From contig JBITNC010000002.1 in the NCBI GenBank assembly GCA_050084985.1, positions 30,070,001 to 30,134,000 of the forward strand: a stretch of DNA of 64,000 nt, in the 5' to 3' direction. The notes under the pieces are model-generated. The model searched no databases. It had not been told where the DNA came from and was given only the letters and a program-made list of their open reading frames with translations. The DNA comes from Nageia nagi. Taxonomy: Eukaryota > Plantae > Pinophyta. The first letter of the stretch is position 1, and every line of letters begins with the position of its first letter. Positions 56,101 through 64,000 of the stretch are shown piece by piece. The position numbers and the translations under genes were made by a program.

Positions 56101-57084
56101 GTTGTCATAATACTCCTTTATGTGGATGATCTTCTCATAACAGGCAATAATATTGAAATCATCCAAGAGTGCATCTCCAAACTCAAGGCAACATTTGAAA
56201 TGACTGATTTAGGTCTATTGCATTACTATCTTGGGATGCAAGTATACCAACACAAAGATTGTACTTATCTTAGTCAATCTAAGTATATATCAGACATCTT
56301 GCAAAAGTTTGGAATGGATGAATGTAAATATGCTGCAATACCTGTTTCTCCTGGAATCGTTGTCTCATTGAGCTCAGATTCTCAGTTGGCTGATGCTACA
56401 GCTTATAGACAATTGATTGGTAGTCTTCTGTATCTGACTATCTCTCGTCCTGATATTGCCTTTGCAGTGAATCTCATGGCACGATTCATGCAAAAACCAT
56501 ATGTTGAACACCTCAATGCTGTTAAGCAAATCTTGAGGTATGTCGCAGGGACAAAGGATCTTGCTCTTAAGTATTCCAAAGTGCCCTCGATTATTCTCTC
56601 AGGGTTCTTAGATTCTGATTATGGGGGAGATAGAGATGATAGAAAGTCAACCTCTGCATATGTGTTTAGCATTGGTTCAGGTGCTATCTCTTGGGCTTCC
56701 AAGAAGCAACCTACTGTGACTCTTTCTACCACCGAAGCTGAATATCGAGCCATGTCTGTTGCCGCCCAAGAAGCTATTTGGCTAAGACATCTTCTGAACG
56801 AAATTGGGTATAAGCAAAATGGCCCATCTCTTATTTCGTCAGATAATCAATCGGCTATCTCTTTGGCTAAGAATCCTGTGTTCCATCAGCGAACCAAACA
56901 TGTTGAAATCCAAGCTCATTTTATCAGGGAGAAGGTTCTAGATGACATCATACACTTACAGTATTGTCCATCTACTGAAAACTCCGCTGATTTGTTCACC
57001 AAGCCCCTTCCTGAAGCTCAGTTCTGCAAGCTTAGGGATTCTCTCGGGTTGGTGAAGTTGCCCTCAAGGGGGAGTGAAGTTTAA
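53158..57084 (+). CDS. Copia gag-pol polyprotein (gag, zinc knuckle, protease, integrase, RT, RNase H)
   Basis: CNFCGIFGHKEYDC; WIVDTGCTNHM; LWHQRLGH..CERC; HSDLMGP / SDNGGEY / QNGVAERKNRT; QLDVKSAFLNG, LYGLKQAPRAW, YVDD; DSD..TEAEY..DNQ..ADLFTK. The ORF track starts at 53104, but ATG 53158 follows a polypyrimidine/TAG acceptor and is the likelier start. Confidence 0.96.
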   Translation: MVETFVPKHILDGSNFGIWEPRMKAELQARKLWQTVSEDAVAPTDEKALEVYNSKNELATSMIYRAVSDDVLLMISSSTSAKEAWDRLKKIYLGSKFSRRFTILQKLLQYRQSEDESASIYLNKIIDLRTQLVGCGCNWINDEFMVFIILQSLTSKFSNFVTVMETRLDDEEDVISLDNLSRLLLKHEETLNKKMLNLSPKDHSIALGATKTPFKKKFKHYKFKDNKSSSTFRKYDKKGNNNNNHGNYRHRNDKAGSSNPTPQEKFDGNCNFCGIFGHKEYDCRKKKFAQKGKGNANVRNFNNKKKNKHAASVAYYSMTQTISNDWIVDTGCTNHMCYEKDKFENFHKYKKDAVVIGDNTVLDVHGIGSVKIHGKTLDNVFYVPKLRMNLISVIQITRKGCSFEFTSHSWCVKKGLATLMKGSVKNDLYIVDQVPSKICLATNVCSKGNLWHQRLGHLNHKSIQAMKTQELVEGLPNISPTVGLCERCILGKMHRQKFEKDKATRATCPLQLVHSDLMGPFQTKSLGGASYVLTFIDDFSRMTFGYLLEHKDQTFDRFQDFKALVENQTDFKIKLLRSDNGGEYNSNEFNAFCVKHGIKRQFTIPYTPQQNGVAERKNRTIMEMARCMLGNLPSFLWGEAVHTAIHTLNRCPTKVVEGKTPYEAWTGKKPNLSHFRIFGCDAFAFITSEKRKKLDKRSEKCIFVGYDNQHRGYRLYSSSHKIVFVSRDVKFNELSEDTTSHAKMSDTDDSSPAPNWLDEHVEKSPQEQNSPAQRITRSMTLNKSLFAKIDNMHEPSTFKEASKQECWMEAMKVEYEALMKNETWDLVPYPNEKNVIGNKWIYKVKYNSDGNIEKYKARLVAKGFAQKYGIDYEETFAPVAKMPTVRIILALSAAQGWKAFQLDVKSAFLNGDLDVEIYMHQPEGFIPEGKETLVCKLKKSLYGLKQAPRAWYKKISGFFADIGFSKCFSDSDLYVLNQGQDVVIILLYVDDLLITGNNIEIIQECISKLKATFEMTDLGLLHYYLGMQVYQHKDCTYLSQSKYISDILQKFGMDECKYAAIPVSPGIVVSLSSDSQLADATAYRQLIGSLLYLTISRPDIAFAVNLMARFMQKPYVEHLNAVKQILRYVAGTKDLALKYSKVPSIILSGFLDSDYGGDRDDRKSTSAYVFSIGSGAISWASKKQPTVTLSTTEAEYRAMSVAAQEAIWLRHLLNEIGYKQNGPSLISSDNQSAISLAKNPVFHQRTKHVEIQAHFIREKVLDDIIHLQYCPSTENSADLFTKPLPEAQFCKLRDSLGLVKLPSRGSEV

Positions 57085-57140
57085 ACTTTTGTTAGTGATG
57101 ACAACTTCACCTCTAAGAGGCCTTTTTTGATTGTACATTC

Positions 57141-57548
57141 TAGACCTCCGTGGTAAGTTTGCTCTGCGTGACAAACTTGTTGTACAATTGTTGTTATAGA
57201 GTGTTGATTATTTTATACCTCAGTGGTAAGTTTGCTCTGCGTGAGAAACTTGTTGTACAAATTTTGAGCATATAATTAATATACCTCCGTGGTAAGTTCG
57301 CTCTGCGTGACGAACTTGTTGTACATTCTATACCTCCGTGGTGAGTTTGCTCTGCGTGAGAAACTCGTTGTACAATTTTTATGCTCTATACCTCCGTGGT
57401 GAGTTTGCTCTGCGTGAGAAACTCGTTGTACAATTTTTGAGCATATAAATTAATATACCTCCGTGGTAAGTTCGCTCTGCGTGACGAACTTGTTGTACAT
57501 TCTATACCTCCGTGGTGAGTTTGCTCTGCGTGAGAAACTCGTTGTACA
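57141..57548 (+). repeat. Array of seven ~46-nt hairpin units with variable spacers in the Copia 3' UTR
   Basis: Consensus TATACCTCCGTGGTRAGTTYGCTCTGCGTGASRAACTYGTTGTACA at ~57141, 57214, 57280, 57329, 57387, 57454, 57503. Confidence 0.95.
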
Positions 57549-58026
57549 ATTTATGCTCTATTTTTAAAATCAACACATGTCTATATACAACAGGTGACTA
57601 TGAGTAATGGCTTGGCATCTCTGTGATGGCTTATAGTGCACCATTGATCAGTTATTTATAAGATGACATTATTTGATTCTCTTATTTGAATATATGATGC
57701 ATCTAACTGATTTTGTTCATGAGTTACTTGTAGCATGCAGGATCTTCTTTAGAAATGCAGGTTACTCACCTTGTGAAAGCAAGCTCATGGAGACTCACAT
57801 GTCAGCTTAAAGTTGATCGACTACTATGTACAGTGAAACCAGTTGTGGTTAATGATTGTATTGTAAACCATTTTTGTCAAATGGTAATGAAGTGAGTCTC
57901 ATACTAGTTCTCAAAAAGATTCTCAAAAATATGTAAAAGTTCTCATCTCCACTTGTATCTCTATGGAGGAGAACTCTCTCTTACTCTCTCTCTTCTCTCT
58001 TCTACGCTCTATCCCAATATTGCATT

Positions 58027-58035
58027 AAGGGGGAG
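58027..58035 (+). promoter_or_regulatory. Polypurine tract
   Basis: AAGGGGGAG directly before the 3' LTR TG. Confidence 0.93.
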
Positions 58036-58533
58036 TGTTAGAATTTGTAATGAAATATTGTGAATATCTAGACTCCTTGTAAATTCAATTAATCACTTAA
58101 AGGTATGTAGATACCTTAAGTGATTAATAGAATTCTTTAATATGTAGACTTTGACTTTACCAAAGGAGTTAGTTGGTAGGTTGAAGTTTGGTGGTACATT
58201 TAATGTAACCCTAACCTTACCCTTGGGTTAAAGGAAGGTTAGGGAGGTGCTCTCAACCTATAAATAGAGGGCCTCTCCTCATGTAAAGATATCTAAGTTT
58301 TGAGTAAGATTACTCTACTTGGTTGTGTAGGAGAGAGCTAGAGAATAGTTGTAAGAGAGACATAGATTTGAGAATAAGAGAGCTAGTTGTGGATGTACTC
58401 CCAAGGAGGGAGGAACCACATTATATTGGTGTCATATTGTGTGAATGATGTTCTTAGAATTATAGATGTGTTATCTTGAGTTTCCTAGTCTAAGGTCCTA
58501 GAGGATTTGTTTAGATCTAGTTCAAATCCTTCA
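58036..58533 (+). repeat. 3' LTR
   Basis: Same sequence and length (498 bp) as the 5' LTR. Confidence 0.97.
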
Positions 58534-58939
58534 CTTTTATGCTCAACCTAGTCTTCTCTTCGCATTCACATGTTAAGCTAGTGTTAGATTATGCTCCTAC
58601 ATTTTCTTGTAGACCTAATTAAGAACATCAATATTCCTCAATATTAAAATACTATGTTCTTTCCTAAATTTTATGCATGGTCCAAATAGAAAAAGTCTAC
58701 AAAATTTTTAAAAGCATTTCATTTTTTTTCTAGACTCAAAAAATCAATTCTAAGATAATTTCCAAAATAGAAATTGCTACCCACCTATACCTAAGGGTAG
58801 CTAACATAATTTTCAAAAAGAAACTACTAACAAAATAAGTTAATAGGCTACCTAGGTGTAACTTGTTGGTAGCCCTAATGCAACCTATTCTATCAATTTT
58901 ATTACTAAGGAATCAATAAGTTATAGTTGACATGTGTCT

Positions 58940-60490
58940 AAAATACAACCCAACTGCATCTTCATTACTAGAAGATTTTAATCCAAAAATCATTTTTTAG
59001 TCCAAAAGTGGGCTGAGTCTTATTAAATTGATGTATAGTTATTTGTTTTCTATTTGCTATATCTTCTTCGATGCAGTTCTCTCTAATATCACCTTGGGAT
59101 GGTCTCCCCACATATTTCTTTCTAATGTTTGGCATCTTTCTATGGTTCATTATTTATCTTTCTGGGATTTATTCTCTATCTATGACATCTTCTTGTTGTG
59201 TTGTTATTGCATGACTATCTGTAGTCCTTAGTTTTTTTGTCACTCTCTTAATTCTTTCTCTTTCTTGCCCTGCCATGACTTCCATGACTGATGTTTCATT
59301 TTGTGAAAAAATTGATTGAATATCTATTGCTTCTTTATCATTTCCTTCAAAAATTGCTAATGCCCCAAAGGGTTTTGTTATGGGTGTTTTTTTTTTCGTT
59401 GGAATCCCTTTGGAGTTAACTGTTTGCCTAGTGAGGTTCATTTTTTCAGTATTTCAACTATATGTTTACCTTCATTCTTTTGATTTTTCTATGTTTTTTA
59501 TTTTTGAAATATCTTCCACCTTTATTTTTCTTATTTGTCTTAATTCTCATTTTCTTGCTTTTCTTTTTTCCTCCTTTCTTCATCCCTCTTCTTCTTTTCT
59601 AGGCAATCCTTTGCATAGAGCTCATAACACTTATAGATTCCACATTATACTAGTAAGTTTTCATACTCAATTGGTTGCATTCATTCTCTTCAATCTTCTA
59701 TTTTTAATTTGATCTCTTTCATCAAGGGTTTGGAAATATCTAAACTAGTCACAAATATTTCATTTATAAATTTAAGTTTTAGTATTATTTCTCTCTCAAT
59801 TGTGATAAGGGATCCAATTGCTTTCACAATTCTTACTATTACACATGGGTACCAATATGACATGTGAAGTCCCGATAGTGAGACCCATGTTGGAATGAGA
59901 TTGCAATTTTCAATTTCAGGGGTGAAACTTTTCTTCCATTGTTTGATAATTAATCCTTTCTTCCCAAGGAACCATGGGCCCATTTCAATAACTTTTTGTG
60001 TTTCTTCATCGAATTAAAACTTGAATAGAAAAAATTCTCTTAGTAGCACAATTAGAGAAATCATGCCTTTTGTGCACCATCTTGCCTTCATCCAACTTTG
60101 AATCATATCCAAGGAGGGTCATACCCTAACAAAGCAACCAACAAAGGCTATTTTTAGCCCATTCTCTTCCTTCTTTGTTATACTTTTTAGAATTCTTATA
60201 CTAACCTCATCTTTGAGAAATTTTAGTTCTAGAACCATCTCGACTGCTTCATCTACAAATGATTTTTCTTGCATTAAAATGCTTTTCCATTCCTTGGGGG
60301 ATTTGATTTAGATCACACTCTAGATTTGTTCATCTCATTTCAGACATTATTCAACTGAATTTTGATAAGATTACAGCTTTGCTAAGTTGTAATTTTCTTA
60401 ATAACAACCTCTTGTGTTTTCAAAAGAATTTATCTGCACTTCTATTACTCCTTGCTCACGCTTCTATTACTCTTCTCTCTCATGTTGCGC
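58940..60490 (-). mobile_element. Degenerate L1-type LINE ORF1 (DUF4283-like); no ORF2 visible
   Basis: ORF 59690-59983 (GPWFLGKKGLIIKQWK..F.P....IPTWVSLSGL...YW) is a plant L1 ORF1 motif; C-terminus at 58968-59150; GA-rich 5' end near 60480. Confidence 0.8.
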
Positions 60491-61616
60491 TACGTATCTC
60501 ATATTAATATGCAAGGAAGTCATAATTATTTAATAAAATGTTACTTCAATATTTCAATGAAAATTAAAATGGTAATCTTCATAAGTATTTGTGTTTTAAA
60601 ATTTCATATTTGGCTAATTTAGCATAATCTTACACCAAATTGTTGAAATTTCAAGGTGTATATTATATTTTTTTATCAATTCATCAATAGTTTTACAAAT
60701 ATTTAACTCTTTAAAATTTAAATCACCTTCACATGAATGTTAAGAGGTGGGTTTTACCTTAAAATTTTAAAAACTAGATTATATATCTTAAAATATTAAG
60801 GAGGTACCTATCTCATTTCTTTAAAGTTTGATTTCCAAGATAAATGCATCAAGATTAATAACTCTTTAGTATTTTTAGATATATATGTAAGATATCTAAG
60901 CTAGTCTAGATCATTGAAAAATATGAGGGTGCATGCATTTATACCAATGAAAGCATAGACATCATCGCTTTCCATCCCTTATATTCCATTAGATCAAAAT
61001 TACCCCAATGGGACTCATTAAGATCCTTTATTCCTAATAGGGGTACATCTCTTATAATTGTCCCTCCCTGAGCATCTATGATGATGGAGTTAGGTTAGGT
61101 AACTTACTACTGCATCTCATAAATCTTTTTCTTCTCAATATCATCGTACTTAGGTAATGGTAGAATCTCAACTTTCTCTTTACCTCCAAGGGGATCCTTA
61201 TCATATTTCAAGATCCTAATCAACCCATATTCTTTAAGATGATCAACATTTGATAACAATGAACCAACTATTTCAATACCAACCAAATAATTGATTAGGT
61301 ATTTTATGGTTGTCATACAAGAATAAGTACTTACCTTGAATGAGTAAGTAATCATATAAATATTCTTTTGTATAATAATCATCTTACTAAAGGAAGATGG
61401 AAAGTTTTTGTATTTAGCTCTCAATTGTTGAATAGAATGATCAAATAAAAGATCCTTATTAACATCAATAGAAAACTATTTAAACATATGGATATTAAAA
61501 CTATAAAATCCTCATAACCAAACATTAGATTCTTGATGAAATATAACACCTCACACATACGAATTCAAGAAAGAATCTAATTAATATTAAAACAACAAAT
61601 ATATTATTTTATTAAA

Positions 61617-62205
61617 GAGAAAATATCCAAAATACCCTTATAATTTCACATAATATAAAAAAATACCCCTACTTTTTTTTGAAATATTTATTATATTAGA
61701 AATTTATTTTAATATAAAATACCTTTTCTTTTTATTTTTTTTTTTGGTCGGGACCAAAAAAAGGTCATTTGGTAAATTGATTGGTTTTTTTATACACATA
61801 CCCAAAACCTATAAGAAAATAAATTTGTAACAATATCGGAAACATCCTGCCATTGTTTATTTTGTATAGAACATGATGTACATTTAATAACCTACATGGA
61901 ATCCACAACTTGAACCCAAATCTATACATAAACTATTCCAAAATAATTCAACTACCACAATGGTAGTGTTGCAATATAAAGTCCTTGCTTATTTATTTAT
62001 ATTTTTATTAATTTTTGTTTATTTATATTTATTTATTTTTATTTTTTTATAATATCAAAAATACTTTTTTTTAAAAAATTTATTATATTAAATTTTTTTA
62101 CTTAATATAAAAAATACCTTTATTTATTTTTCTTTTTATTTTTTTCTCCAATGATATATATATATATATTATTTATAATTATAGAGACATTTTGAATATT
62201 TTCTC
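61617..62205. mobile_element. Mutator-like MITE
   Basis: TIRs GAGAAAATATCCAAAATA / CATTTTGAATATTTTCTC; 9-bp TSD TTTATTAAA (61608-61616 / 62206-62214). Confidence 0.75.
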
Positions 62206-62621
62206 TTTATTAAATTAGTAAGCACAACTAATACAAAATTTTATGAAATTATCTAGCATAACAATTATAAAATTTTATTAAATTCATTAAAAATTCAACT
62301 AGATTAAAAAATATAGTACATAACACAAGAAACATGTAGTGAGGGCATCTCCGTGCTTATGGTTCTAAAAAGCAAACACCTTAAATAAAGTTTAGATGCC
62401 CTGACTAATTGAAGAAACTGAATGGATTGAAGCATCTCGAGAGACACACGGTCCAACTTTGTACGTAATCTCTCCCTGTGCTGAACCCGTTTCTGATTTC
62501 TAAATTCTGCTTTGACTGAAAATCGATCACTCCAGCTCTATTTCTATAGGCATTTATTGCAGAAATTATCAGACGATTTTATCCCACAGATTAAAAGAGG
62601 GCCTGAAAACATCAGAGGAGA

Positions 62622-63635
62622 ATGGATCCCAAAGTGTTTCACGCTGCCAAAAATGGCGAACTAAACACCCTTCAAGATCTCCACACGATAGACGCCCACA
62701 GTGTGAGCAAAGCAGTTACTTTTCAAGGAAGTAATGTTATCCATATCGCTGCAAGGGAGGGGTATTTGGACATTGTGAGGTGGATGCTTGGCCTCAATTC
62801 CTGCTTGGTTTTGGCTAGGAATAAAAATAAGAACACGCCACTTCATGAAGCTGCAGAGAGCGGCAACGCTGACGTGGTAAGGTTGCTGCTCCAACACAGC
62901 AAGTGCTCCGCCTCCAAACGGAATTTGTATGGAGAGACGCCTCTCATCATAGCTTCCAACCATGGCCATTTACAAGCTGCCAGGCTTCTGTTAAATTCCA
63001 CGCCATTATATATGGTGTTCTGGCCCAGGGAAGACCGTCGAACATGTCTCAACGCAGCAGTTTATGGAGGACATCTAGGTAGACTGCTCTTAATTTCTCT
63101 TATACTCCATGAGTTGAAGTTCAAAATTTTGATGCAAAATTGTATTGCAGATGTGGTGAAGTCGATACTCAATGAGAAGCCCACCTGTTTTAATGTAGTG
63201 CGGCTTATGTTGCTTATCGGTGATAAATTTGATACCACTCCACTGCACGTTGCCGTCCATTGTGGGTATGTGGAAATTGTGCGTGAAATTATAAGAACTA
63301 AGTTAAACCTGTGTTGGGGTATGGAATGTTGGGACAATAGCTTGATGACGAGGAAAGATAATCTAGGAAGGTGTCCGGTTCACATTGCGGCTATAAAGGG
63401 GCATGGGGAGATTATTGAGGAGCTTATGACGGCCATGCCGGACTGTGTGGAGATCCGAAGTGTTCGGCTTCAAACTGCTCTGCACTCCGCTGTGGAGTCT
63501 AATCAGTTTCATATAGTGCAGAAATTGCTTTCAAAGAACAAGGGAGATGTGAATGGTAAGTTTGTGAGCTATGACTGTGACATACGTGGCAACACAGCAC
63601 TGCATTTGGCAGCCATGAATGGAGTTGATCCGCAG
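62622..63635 (+). CDS. Ankyrin-repeat protein, ACD6/ITN1-like (probably ankyrin-transmembrane/PGG family); exons 62622-63078 and 63151-63635, continues downstream
   Basis: Multiple ankyrin repeats (NVIHIAAREG, NTPLHEAA, GETPLIIA, TTPLHVAV, GRCPVHIAA, GNTALHLAA); 72-nt GT-AG intron 63079-63150; donor CAG|gtaaag after 63635. Confidence 0.9.
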
Positions 63636-64000
63636 GTAAAGCTATCATTTCTGAGCTATGTATTTTTTCGAAGTATTATCTGTTTTTAAGATGTATGAAT
63701 TGATTGTATAGAATCTAGAATAGAGAGTTTTGTGAGCGACAACTCCTCCTTGTTGTCTTAACAAGCTGAACAGATTTCCAATTATGGTCTCGCCTTCATG
63801 CTTCTGTAACAAGCTACAGATTTATGTGATTTAGCAGAGCAGGCTTTCAGGACTCCAGCTAATTTAATAACTTTCAATATTCTCCAACGGCCCACGTTTT
63901 CTTCCTTTTCGATCTTTGAAGTACTTCACTTAGACCCACCTTTTTTTTTTCACTCCGAACTGACTTTGTTATTTTGAAGATTAAGATATGTATTTCGGCC

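Larger units (their letters stand above)
49498..58533 (+). mobile_element. Full-length, very young Ty1/Copia LTR retrotransposon (9,036 bp) with long leader and 3' UTR
   Basis: 498-bp LTRs TG...CA; TSD CTTTT (49493-49497 / 58534-58538); PBS; PPT; uninterrupted gag-pol ORF. Confidence 0.97.

Noticed and set aside
57141-57548. CRISPR array
   Set aside because: Eukaryotic retrotransposon UTR with no cas genes; spacers are short, unequal and themselves repeated (units 3-4 recur as 6-7)
57141-57548. Known self-cleaving ribozyme (hammerhead, hairpin, pistol, twister)
   Set aside because: No CUGANGA/GAAA core; the GAGAAAC..GTTGT resemblance to hairpin-ribozyme loop B is absent from units with GACAAAC or GACGAAC; no known consensus fits by eye

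Overview
AT-rich, transposon-dominated plant nuclear DNA with gymnosperm-like architecture (very large TE-filled introns; the host assignment is an inference). Two host genes are visible. One is the 3' seven exons of an apparently intact WDR92/DNAAF10 (axonemal dynein assembly WD40 protein, 3104-36895), whose 30-kb intron is filled with nested retroelements. The other is the first two exons of an ACD6/ITN1-like ankyrin-repeat gene (from 62622). Two candidate undescribed systems stand out. (1) A family of 7-8 kb elements (8459-20967, 9349-14822, 23305-31713, and a fourth ending at 475) has TGTTG...CAACA-type termini, a terminal hairpin and perfect 5-bp target-site duplications. They have no internal direct repeat and no gag/pol, and the two long copies each carry one ~1,100-codon degenerate gene upstream of an LTR-type TATA box, i.e. 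giant gene-bearing solo-LTR-like units. (2) A very young, intact Ty1/Copia element (49498-58533; LTRs identical by eye; TSD CTTTT) has a 3-kb leader with a highly structured domain and a 3' UTR array of seven hairpins with compensatory base changes. An older relative at 45160-47015 carries a different hairpin array in its homologous UTR. The rest is degenerate Gypsy/Copia/LINE/MITE debris. Most short ORFs in the supplied track are spurious or TE-derived. All alignments and folds were done by eye.
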